Part shown: piece after piece, positions 1-8,103 of the stretch
Position numbering within the stretch: the first letter of the stretch is position 1
Layout of the letters: every line of letters begins with the position of its first letter
Assembly (NCBI GenBank): GCA_032249135.1
Contig: JAVVGL010000038.1
Span: forward strand, 1-13,115
Direction: 5' to 3'
From: Candidatus Calescibacterium sp.
Lineage (GTDB): Bacteria > Calescibacteriota > Calescibacteriia > Calescibacteriales > Calescibacteriaceae
DNA: 13,115 bases
Notes under the pieces: model-generated
Databases searched by the model: none
What the model saw: the letters and a program-made list of their open reading frames with translations, nothing else
What the model was told of the DNA's origin: nothing
Program-made: the position numbers and the translations under genes

Positions 1-1
1 A

Positions 2-1477
2 GCTTACTATGAAAAAGTAGACTATGGCAAAGCTATTGAAGACTTTACAAAAGCTATTAAGTTGAAACCTGATGAGGCTGGTTTTTATTACCTGCGTGGC
101 AACGCTTACTATTGGAAAGAAGAATATGAAAAAGCTATTAAGGATTTTAACAAAGTTCTTGAACTTAATCCGAGCTATAAGGAAGCACGGGAAGCAAAGA
201 AGGAAGTTGAGAACTTAATAGAATATAAAAAGAAAAGTTTAGTAAAATCTGGAAACGGATCAAGCTATGAAGAAGCACGGAAAGCGAAGAAAGAAGTTGA
301 GAGCTTAATAGAATCTAAAAAGAAAAGCTTGATAAAGTCTGAAGACGGGAGAAAAGCTTTTAAAGTCTCTTTTCTGCTCATGCTATTTCTGACATCAGTT
401 CCAATGTTGGTAATTTTGGGCACTAAAGATGATTGGCAACAGAGATTTATAGAGACTATCAAAGAAAATCAGGAGAAGATTAGAATTTCGCAATTGCCAG
501 ATAATCTATCTTCTCTGGATGAGGTAATAGATTATGTTATATATCAGCTTCCGGATCACAAGATCAAGGGAGCTGCGCTTCCGCGCGATACTAATGCTCA
601 TTTTATTATAGCTCTTGTATCTTGGTGGTGTTGGATGGTATTTTTTAGTATATTTCTTTCGTCAAGTAGCAATGAAGAGAACTGGGCTATTCTATCTTCG
701 CTGTTTACAGCTATTTCGGGAATTCTTATTCTTCTTGTTATCCAATTGCTTGTACTCGAGATATATAAAAGTGGGATTTGGAAAACATTAAAAATCTTTA
801 GGGGAAGATACTCTATTTTTGGCCTTATTCTTTATTTCATTGGTTTTTCATATTATGGTGCGCTGGACCCAGAATCTGGGTTTATCAAAAGCTTTATCGG
901 TTTTACCTTTGGAGTAGGGCTGTGTGAGGAACTTGTGAAACTTATACCAGTAGTTTGGTTAATGAAAAAGGCTTTCAAAAGAGAAGAAATATCTCATTTG
1001 CCTGGGATATTGCTGGTTGGTTTAGCAAGTGGAGTTGGTTTTGGAGTAGCAGAAGGAATTATGTATAGCGCTCAATTCTACAATGGTATACATGGTTGGG
1101 ATGTTTATTGGGTCCGTTTTGTCACATGTGTTGCCCTTCATTCAACTTGGACAGGAATTGCAGTTCTTAGTTTTTTTTTGTTTTTATTCAGGGAGGAAGA
1201 AACAACTAAAAACGAAAAGGCGAAAGATGAGAAGAATAAAGAAGATGAGAAGAAAGAAAAATCTCATATATCAATAGAGGAACAGTCTGATATGGGATTC
1301 AAGGAGATTATGTTTATGTTAGCAATTTTTTCTGTTGTAGCTATTATTTTGCATGGTTTATATGATACCCTTTTGAAAAAAGGTGAAGATTTTTTGGCTT
1401 TTGTTGTTGCTATCACTACTTTTGTGGTGTTTTATTACTTATTGAGTAAAATGTATGAGAAAGAAAATCAAATTTAG
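2..1477 (+). CDS. TPR-repeat-containing PrsW-family (M82) intramembrane protease, 5'-partial
   Basis: The frame is open from base 2 (AYYEKVDYGKAIEDFTKAIKLKPDEAGFYYLRGNAYY...), so the TTG at 62 is probably not the true start. TPR consensus (YYLRGNAYY..EYEKAIKDFNKVLELNP) precedes multiple TM helices. PrsW motifs: EExxK (CEELVK), GFxxxE (GFGVAEG), LHSTWTG, HxxxD (LHGLYD). Confidence 0.85.
   Translation, partial: AYYEKVDYGKAIEDFTKAIKLKPDEAGFYYLRGNAYYWKEEYEKAIKDFNKVLELNPSYKEAREAKKEVENLIEYKKKSLVKSGNGSSYEEARKAKKEVESLIESKKKSLIKSEDGRKAFKVSFLLMLFLTSVPMLVILGTKDDWQQRFIETIKENQEKIRISQLPDNLSSLDEVIDYVIYQLPDHKIKGAALPRDTNAHFIIALVSWWCWMVFFSIFLSSSSNEENWAILSSLFTAISGILILLVIQLLVLEIYKSGIWKTLKIFRGRYSIFGLILYFIGFSYYGALDPESGFIKSFIGFTFGVGLCEELVKLIPVVWLMKKAFKREEISHLPGILLVGLASGVGFGVAEGIMYSAQFYNGIHGWDVYWVRFVTCVALHSTWTGIAVLSFFLFLFREEETTKNEKAKDEKNKEDEKKEKSHISIEEQSDMGFKEIMFMLAIFSVVAIILHGLYDTLLKKGEDFLAFVVAITTFVVFYYLLSKMYEKENQI
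173..352 (+). repeat. Imperfect 90-bp (30-aa) in-frame tandem duplication in the TPR-PrsW linker
   Basis: agctataaggaagcacgggaagcaaagaaggaagttgag... at 173 and agctatgaagaagcacggaaagcgaagaaagaagttgag... at 263. Peptides: SYKEAREAKKEVENLIEYKKKSLVKSGNG / SYEEARKAKKEVESLIESKKKSLIKSEDG. Confidence 0.9.
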
Positions 1478-1569
1478 GAATTAAGAAAAAAAGAAAAAAC
1501 AGGTTAGTTCCGCTTTTTAGTAAAGCTTTCATTAATTTTTTTTCAGGGGTTTAAACTTAAAATATTGGT

Positions 1570-2673
1570 ATGAGAAAAGTTGAAGAAATACTTAAAGACC
1601 TTCCTGAAAATATAAGGGGACCGATATTTGAGGCATTTATTGCTTTCAGAGATGATGTCATACTCAAAGAAATAAGTGAGGTAAAGCAGGAAATAAATAG
1701 GGTATGGAAAGCAATAGAAGAACTTGCATTGGCGCAAAAGAGAACTGAACAAATAATTCAAAGACTTGTGGAAGAACATGAGAAATTAAAAGAGGAGGTC
1801 AGGAAGCTTGCGGAGGCTCAGGCGAGGACCGAGCAGCAGATTCAAAGGCTTGCTGAGGAGCAAGAGAGGTTGAGGGATGAGGTTAGAAAACTTGCCGAAG
1901 CTCAGATGAGAACCGAGCAACAGGTTCAAAAGCTTGCGGAGGCTCAGGCAAGGACCGAGCAACAGGTTCAAAAACTTACAGAAGCCCAAGCAAGAACAGA
2001 GCAACAGCTTCAAAGACTTGCAGAAGAACATGAGAAGTTAAAGGTTGAAGTTAGAAAACTTGCTGAGGCACAAGCGAGGACCGAGCAGCAACTTCAGAAG
2101 CTCGTGGAAGACCATGAGAAGCTAAAAGAAGAGGTTAGAAAGCTCACTGAAGCTCAGATGAAAACAGAGCAACAGGTTCAAAAACTTGCGGAGGAACACG
2201 AAAAACTGCGAGAGGAAGTTAGGAAGCTTGTTGAAGCTCAATCAGAAACTGAAAGGAGACTCCAAATGCTTATTAAAGAGCACGAGAAAACGAGAGAAAA
2301 TTTGGCTGGACTTTCTCATACCGTGGGTCATTTGCTTGAAGATAGAGCTATAAAATCTTTGCCTAAAATTCTTAAAAAATATGGAATTGAAGTTGTTGGA
2401 GAACTTTCAAGAGATTATATTGAAGTTGGTGGAGAATATATTGAAGTAAATATTTACGGTAAAGCAATTAAGGATGGCAAAGAATATATATTGTTGGGAG
2501 AAGCGAAAACGAGGGTTTCAATAAAAGCAATTGATGAATTTATTGAAAAGTGTGATCTCATATCAAAGGAAGCAATCAAGGTCTTTATCTCTTACATTTT
2601 CCCACCTCATATTAAAGAATATGCAAAAGAAAAACGAATAATTTTGATCCCTTCATATCAACTTGAACTTTAA
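1570..2673 (+). CDS. Long coiled-coil repeat protein with C-terminal PD-(D/E)XK nuclease-like domain (DUF3782-like architecture)
   Basis: 367-aa ORF with heptad repeats LAEAQARTEQQVQK / LAEEHEKLKEEVRK, then VGHLLED, EVNIYG and LLGEAK, matching a restriction-endonuclease-like fold (motif II Asp appears as Asn). Confidence 0.75.
   Translation: MRKVEEILKDLPENIRGPIFEAFIAFRDDVILKEISEVKQEINRVWKAIEELALAQKRTEQIIQRLVEEHEKLKEEVRKLAEAQARTEQQIQRLAEEQERLRDEVRKLAEAQMRTEQQVQKLAEAQARTEQQVQKLTEAQARTEQQLQRLAEEHEKLKVEVRKLAEAQARTEQQLQKLVEDHEKLKEEVRKLTEAQMKTEQQVQKLAEEHEKLREEVRKLVEAQSETERRLQMLIKEHEKTRENLAGLSHTVGHLLEDRAIKSLPKILKKYGIEVVGELSRDYIEVGGEYIEVNIYGKAIKDGKEYILLGEAKTRVSIKAIDEFIEKCDLISKEAIKVFISYIFPPHIKEYAKEKRIILIPSYQLEL
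1723..2310 (+). repeat. Coding tandem array of 14 x 42-bp (14-aa) units of two types
   Basis: A = LxEAQxRTEQQxQK and B = LxEEHEKLxEEVRK, in the order ABABAAABABABAB. Near-identical DNA recurs, e.g. aagcttgcggaggctcaggcRaggaccgagca near 1804 and 1930. Confidence 0.9.
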
Positions 2674-2758
2674 AAATTAGAATGAAAAAAGTAAAGGTAA
2701 TTTAAGATGAAAAAGAATCTTGAAAAATTATGTCATTTTTTGAAATAATAATAATAAT

Positions 2759-2764
2759 AAGGAG
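2759..2764 (+). promoter_or_regulatory. Shine-Dalgarno site for the CDS at 2771
   Basis: AAGGAG 6 nt before the ATG, preceded by (AAT)5. Confidence 0.75.
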
Positions 2765-2770
2765 ATAACT

Positions 2771-4819
2771 ATGAAGAATTCACTAAAATTGTTAGATAGC
2801 TTAGCGTCTTATTTAATTTCACGAGTTCTTTACAGAACAATATTATTTGCAACAATTCTTTTATTTACTGGTTTGGGTTGTGGAAGGAAAGTTGATAATG
2901 ATTTCATATTAGTAATAGCCGATAAAAATTCTTCTGATATTATTGAGAAGTTTATAGATGATTTGTCAGAAAAGGTTAAGCTTAAAGTATGTGATAAGCA
3001 ATCAGAATGTGTTGAGGATGGAGCGATAAATGTTATCATAGAAAAATTAGATTGCAAAGAGTGTTATCAAATAACAGAAAGAGACGGAAGTTTTGTAGTG
3101 AAAGGAGGCTTCCCGGCTGGAATAATTTACGGACTTACTCATTTCCTTGAACTTGCAGGTTTTCGTTTCCCACATCCGTTTTATAGTATTATCCCTCAAA
3201 AAATAAATAATTTGAAACAAGAGGTTTCTCGGATCAATTCAAAAGTTTTTGAACCTATTGTTGAGCAGAGGGGACTTCAATTACATATCTTACATCCAAT
3301 AGAGGCTCTATTTTCTTTCTGGATACCTTCTCCTGAGGGCGAAAAAGAAGCATTTAAAATTGTAAAGTGGATAGCAAGACAAAGAGGCAATTATATTCAG
3401 CTGACAGCTCTTGATAATATAAAAAAAGATGAAGAGTATACCAGATGGAAAGAACATATGAAAAAGATTTTAGATTACGCGCACAAAATAGGTGTAAAAG
3501 TTGGAATTAATATTCAGATTTTTTCTGTATCAAGCTTTCAGAGAGCTTATGTGGTCAGTACGAAACAAGATTTGGAAAAGATTTTATCTCTTCCGTTTGA
3601 TGCTGTGAATATTTCTTTTGGTGAATTTATAGGAACTAATCCTGACGAATTCATACAAAAAGTAAATGAGGTGTATGAATGGATAAAAAGTTTCAACAAA
3701 AATATTGAGGTTTCTGCTACTATACATGTTGGAAATTTTGAAAATCTTTGGGTAGAATATAAAGGTGAAAGGCTACTTTATTACTTCCTTGTAAAGTATG
3801 CAAATGAAGATATAGTTCCTTGGGTTCATACAGTAATGTTTTACAATCTCTTTGATGATGCTGGCGGAGCATATAATCATGATAATTTTTCTCTTCACAG
3901 GGAGTTTTTGTTTGAAAGAATAAAGCAAGAAAAAAAAGTTAATTACTTCCCAGAAACAGCTTATTGGATAGCCTTTGATAATTCCGTCCCGCTTTATCTG
4001 CCCATTTATATTGTTTCAAGGTGGATTGATATCAAGAACATAACAGAAGCAGGTAAGCTTTATTCTCATGTCATATTTTCGTCTGGTTGGGAATGGGGTT
4101 ATTGGCTTTTTGACTATTTATCTTTACGATTTTCTTGGTCTGTTCCTGCTACCTGGGTTGAACCATTATCTGAACTATTTCCGAATTGGGGAAAAGATAT
4201 AATAAAAAAACTCGGAGAAATTCAGTATGATTATCTGATAAGAAAAAGGCTAACTCCTTATATTGTTGGTGAGGATTTCTATGTTCATCTTGGATGTCAA
4301 AGCAAAGTTTTCTTTTCTCAACCTTGTAGGATAACATTTGAAGAATTAGTCAAAATGTCTGATGCTGAAAAGCAGAGATTTGAAAAAAATGTTCTTGAAC
4401 CCCTTGCTAATATGGAAAAAGAAATTGGAACTCTTTTGGGAAATTTCCCTGCTGATTCAAAATCTGATCCTCTTATTTTGGAGTTAAAAGATGGATTAGA
4501 TATAACATATTTGAGAGTAAAATTTATGAGAAACCTTTATGAAGCTATATTTTTGCACTCTTATGGTAAAGAATTTTCTGAAAAGCTTGATACTTCTGTG
4601 CAGATTCTCAATAAAGCAGATGAAGTTGTAAAAAGGCGAGCTAAGAATTTCTTTTATCCTCGTCCAGAGCTTCTTATAGAAAATGTAGAAAATCCAACTA
4701 TATACCAGTTTGGCTATTTGAAACAGGCTCATAATTTGTGTTTTTGGAGAAGGGAGCTTGGGCAGGCTAAGTTAGCTTTGGGTTTATCAGCAGAAACTAT
4801 TCCAAGTTGCATAGATTAA
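2771..4819 (+). CDS. Putative lipoprotein, uncharacterised; N-terminal GH20/GH67-like domain followed by a probable TIM-barrel
   Basis: 682-aa ORF with a good RBS and a hydrophobic stretch ending LLFTGLGC (lipobox-like). YQIT...VVKGGFPAGIIYGLTHFLE...GFRF.HP followed by RGLQLH resembles the hexosaminidase-like N-terminal domain and the first barrel strand. The CDS is secure; the function is tentative. Confidence 0.6.
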   Translation: MKNSLKLLDSLASYLISRVLYRTILFATILLFTGLGCGRKVDNDFILVIADKNSSDIIEKFIDDLSEKVKLKVCDKQSECVEDGAINVIIEKLDCKECYQITERDGSFVVKGGFPAGIIYGLTHFLELAGFRFPHPFYSIIPQKINNLKQEVSRINSKVFEPIVEQRGLQLHILHPIEALFSFWIPSPEGEKEAFKIVKWIARQRGNYIQLTALDNIKKDEEYTRWKEHMKKILDYAHKIGVKVGINIQIFSVSSFQRAYVVSTKQDLEKILSLPFDAVNISFGEFIGTNPDEFIQKVNEVYEWIKSFNKNIEVSATIHVGNFENLWVEYKGERLLYYFLVKYANEDIVPWVHTVMFYNLFDDAGGAYNHDNFSLHREFLFERIKQEKKVNYFPETAYWIAFDNSVPLYLPIYIVSRWIDIKNITEAGKLYSHVIFSSGWEWGYWLFDYLSLRFSWSVPATWVEPLSELFPNWGKDIIKKLGEIQYDYLIRKRLTPYIVGEDFYVHLGCQSKVFFSQPCRITFEELVKMSDAEKQRFEKNVLEPLANMEKEIGTLLGNFPADSKSDPLILELKDGLDITYLRVKFMRNLYEAIFLHSYGKEFSEKLDTSVQILNKADEVVKRRAKNFFYPRPELLIENVENPTIYQFGYLKQAHNLCFWRRELGQAKLALGLSAETIPSCID

Positions 4820-4847
4820 TGGAATATATAAGTTTCAGATGGATTAA

Positions 4848-6077
4848 CTATATATTGAAGGGAGAGCAACAAATCTGAGATTTGCAATTTAAGCTTTGAC
4901 ATTCTTCATCTTTTGTGCAGCTTTCTCCTTTTGGTTTCCTATTTTTTGTATCTGATGGTTTTTTGCATACTTTTTCTTCTTTGTCGCATATAAGTCCGAG
5001 ATCGCATACATAATCATTTCCACATTTTTCTCCTTCTTTTTTTAATTTTTTGCATACTCCTTCATCTAGGGAGCAATATGATCCTATATCACAGCTATCA
5101 CCTTCTTTACAATTTTCACCTTCTTTTTTTCTTGGAGAGCAGATGAAATTTTGAGCTGTTTGCTTTCCTCCCTCTTTTTCTTTCATTTCTTTGCAGTATA
5201 ATCCTACATTACATATTTTATATATTCTGTTTCCTGCAAATATTCCACAACTTTCACCTTCCTCTGATGTAGCTAATATTGTACATAATTTATCAGCGCT
5301 ACAAAGAATTTCACAATCCGATGAATCTACGCAACTTTCTCCCTCTTGTTTTAGTCTTGTGCATTTATATCTTATGCATGCAAGATCCTCCTTACATTGG
5401 AAATCATTATTACAAAATTTTCCCTCGTCCCCGGGTTCAGTACAAATACCATTCAGGCATACAAGATTAGGGCTGCATTCTCTATCTTCTTGGCAAACCT
5501 CTTCCTTTTGTTTGGTTATTTTGCATGTTCCTGGACATCCTCCATCACATATAAGTCCCGGTGAGCATTCTAAATCGTGATAGCAAGTTTCCCCTTCTTT
5601 AAGTTTTCCATAAAATGAAGTTTGTAGTTCCATCAGATTTTTCTGGATTAGTATCAGAATTGACTTTGGTTTTTTTCTTATCTCTTTGCAATCTTGATTC
5701 AAGAGTTCTTCGGTTTTTTTTATTATTTCATATGCTTTTTTACCATCGTATTCTATTGTTTTTCTCTCGGTGATATATCTTGTAATCTCATAAACATAAG
5801 TCAAGCAGTTCTGATAAAATTCTGCAATCTTATTCCTCTCTGAATTGTATGCTTTTTCTATATTTTCACCAAAACACAGAGAGAATTTATTGATTCTGGT
5901 CTTGTGTATTTCCAGTGCTTGGTTGCAGAAATCTTCTAATTTTATTTCATTTCTTACTTCATTCTCTTTTGGTTTATTTTTATCTTTGCATACTATAAGA
6001 GATAAGAGTAGAGGTAAACATAAGAAATGCTTTAAGAATGCTCCATATTTTCTATTCGTCATAGATTTTTTCCTCAT
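4848..6077 (-). CDS. Cysteine-rich repeat secreted/lipoprotein (Dickkopf-N/EB-like 4-Cys modules)
   Basis: 409 aa with a basic N-terminus and LPLLLSLIVC. I count 40 Cys. Eight modules of about GExC-x5-C-x3-5-C-x4-6-C occupy the C-terminal part (one module has longer loops). Confidence 0.8.
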   Translation of the reverse strand: MRKKSMTNRKYGAFLKHFLCLPLLLSLIVCKDKNKPKENEVRNEIKLEDFCNQALEIHKTRINKFSLCFGENIEKAYNSERNKIAEFYQNCLTYVYEITRYITERKTIEYDGKKAYEIIKKTEELLNQDCKEIRKKPKSILILIQKNLMELQTSFYGKLKEGETCYHDLECSPGLICDGGCPGTCKITKQKEEVCQEDRECSPNLVCLNGICTEPGDEGKFCNNDFQCKEDLACIRYKCTRLKQEGESCVDSSDCEILCSADKLCTILATSEEGESCGIFAGNRIYKICNVGLYCKEMKEKEGGKQTAQNFICSPRKKEGENCKEGDSCDIGSYCSLDEGVCKKLKKEGEKCGNDYVCDLGLICDKEEKVCKKPSDTKNRKPKGESCTKDEECQSLNCKSQICCSPFNI

Positions 6078-6198
6078 TTTACAATTTTTCGGATTTTTTT
6101 AATTTCTTAATCTCTGTTTTTCTTTTTTCTATACTTTTCTATTTTTTTCTATTTTATTTTATTTTTACTTATTTGCATTATTTTTTTTCTGTTTTTGT

Positions 6199-6206
6199 AA
6201 GGAGGT
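6199..6206 (+). promoter_or_regulatory. Shine-Dalgarno site for pckG
   Basis: AAGGAGGT 7 nt before the ATG at 6214. Confidence 0.8.
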
Positions 6207-6213
6207 AAATTGG

Positions 6214-8100
6214 ATGAATGAATTTTTAGCAAAGTTGGAGAATATTTTGAAGGAAAGTGAATTCAAAAAACTTGTGAAAATAAAAAACAAGGAAGTTCAT
6301 AAATTTATTCTTGACGCAATTGAGCTGTGTTCTCCGAAAGATGTTTTTATATGCTCTGATACCCCTGATGAAATAGCTTATATAAAGAATATGGCTGTTG
6401 TGTCTGGTGAGGAAAAGATGCTTCTTACTCCGGGACATACATATCACTTTGACGGAATTTATGATCAAGGTAGAGATAGAGCTGTGACAAAATTTTTGGT
6501 TCCAAAAGGAGAGAAATTATCGCAAAAACTTAACCAAATAGATAGAGATGAAGGATTAGACGAAATACTAAATCTTTTCAGAGAATCTATGCAAGGAAAA
6601 ACTATGATTGTTCTCTTTGCTTCTTTGGGACCTGTAAATTCTGTGTTTTCAATACCGTGCGTTGAGTGTACGGATAGTTGGTATGTTGCTCATTCAATAA
6701 ATGTTCTATATCGTGGTGGATATGAGATGTTTGTGAATTTGCCAGAAAATGGAGTTGATATTTTCAAGTTCTTGCATTCAGCCGGAGAGCTTGATGAAAA
6801 TCAAGTTTCAAAAAATTACGATAAAAAAAGAATCTATATTGATTACATAACCAACACAGTTTATTCTGTAAATACCCAGTATGCAGGAAATTCTGTTGGT
6901 TTCAAAAAACTTGCTTTAAGGCTTGCTATAAGAAAAGCTCACAAAGAAGGTTGGCTTGCAGAACATTTTATGCTGATAGGAGTTAATGGTCCTGGTGGTA
7001 GAAAAACCTATTTTGCCGGAGCTTTTCCATCAGGATGTGGTAAAACCTCTACTGCTATGCTTCCGGGAGAAAGCATATTATCTGATGATTTAGCTTTTGT
7101 AAGAAATATAGATGGTGTAGCGAGAGCTGTGAATGTTGAAAAAGGTATATTTGGTATAATACAAGATGTCAATCCAAAAGATGATCCTCTAATTTGGGAG
7201 GTTCTGAACTCCCCGGGCGAGATTATATTCAGTAATGTTTTAGTGAAAGACGGAAGAGCTTTGTGGCTTGGTATGGGGTGTGAATTGCCGAAAGAAGGAA
7301 TAAACTTTTCAGGATACTGGTATGAGGGCAAAAAAGATAAGGATGGAAAAGAAATCCCTCCTGCTCATAAAAACGCAAGATATGCTGTTTCTCTAAAAGC
7401 TCTGAAAAACTGCGATGAAAACCTTGAAAATCCAGATGGAGTTGAACTCAAAGGTATTATGTTTGGCGGAAGAGATTACAGAGCTTATGTTCCGGTTCAG
7501 CAAAGTTTTGATTGGGCTCACGGTGTTGTGGCTTATGGAGCTTCTTTGGAAACAGAAACTACATTTGCTGTTGTGGGAGAGGAGGGAAAATACGAAATCA
7601 ATATTATGAGCATACAAGATTTTGTCTCAATACCTCTTGGCACTTATGTGAAAAATTACATTGAATTTGGTAAAAAACTCAAAAAAGCCCCATTGATTTT
7701 TGGAGTTAATTACTTTCTTAAAGATTTAGATACAGGAGAATTTCTAAATTCAAAATTAGATAAACACGTTTGGGTAAAATGGATGGAGTTAAGAGTTCAC
7801 GGTGAAGTTAAAGTAAGAAAAACCCCAACAGGACTTATTCCTCTCTACGAAGATTTAGCTTATCTTTTCAAATCAGTTTTGAAGAAAGATTACTCAAAGC
7901 AAGATTATATCAAACAATTTACGATAAGAGTTCAGGAAAATCTTGCGAAGATTGAAAGAGCGAAAAAATTCTGGGAAAATGAGGAGGATGTTCCCGGTGA
8001 AATTTTTGATGTTTTGGAGGAGCAAAAACAAAGGCTCATTTCGGCTCAAAAGAAATTTGGAAACTACATTTCTCCTGAAAATTTTGAAATAGTAGATTGA
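6214..8100 (+). CDS. pckG: Phosphoenolpyruvate carboxykinase (GTP)
   Basis: 628 aa. YAGNSVGFKKLALR, GWLAEHF, P-loop AFPSGCGKTSTAM, kinase-2 SDDLAF, NVEKGIFG, AHKNARY, FGGRD, FDWAHGV, IFGVNYF. Confidence 0.96.
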   Translation: MNEFLAKLENILKESEFKKLVKIKNKEVHKFILDAIELCSPKDVFICSDTPDEIAYIKNMAVVSGEEKMLLTPGHTYHFDGIYDQGRDRAVTKFLVPKGEKLSQKLNQIDRDEGLDEILNLFRESMQGKTMIVLFASLGPVNSVFSIPCVECTDSWYVAHSINVLYRGGYEMFVNLPENGVDIFKFLHSAGELDENQVSKNYDKKRIYIDYITNTVYSVNTQYAGNSVGFKKLALRLAIRKAHKEGWLAEHFMLIGVNGPGGRKTYFAGAFPSGCGKTSTAMLPGESILSDDLAFVRNIDGVARAVNVEKGIFGIIQDVNPKDDPLIWEVLNSPGEIIFSNVLVKDGRALWLGMGCELPKEGINFSGYWYEGKKDKDGKEIPPAHKNARYAVSLKALKNCDENLENPDGVELKGIMFGGRDYRAYVPVQQSFDWAHGVVAYGASLETETTFAVVGEEGKYEINIMSIQDFVSIPLGTYVKNYIEFGKKLKKAPLIFGVNYFLKDLDTGEFLNSKLDKHVWVKWMELRVHGEVKVRKTPTGLIPLYEDLAYLFKSVLKKDYSKQDYIKQFTIRVQENLAKIERAKKFWENEEDVPGEIFDVLEEQKQRLISAQKKFGNYISPENFEIVD

Positions 8101-8103
8101 AGA

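Noticed and set aside
62-64. TTG at 62 as the start of the first CDS
   Set aside because: The frame is open to the window edge and encodes a further TPR helix upstream.
1171-1179. T9 run in the PrsW gene as a phase-variation switch
   Set aside because: In frame, encodes Phe residues of a TM helix, and such runs are common in this AT-rich DNA.
6078-6198. T-rich intergenic tract as a terminator or ncRNA
   Set aside because: It lies between divergent genes, has no GC-rich stem, and is low complexity. No intrinsic terminator, tRNA or rRNA could be supported anywhere in the window.
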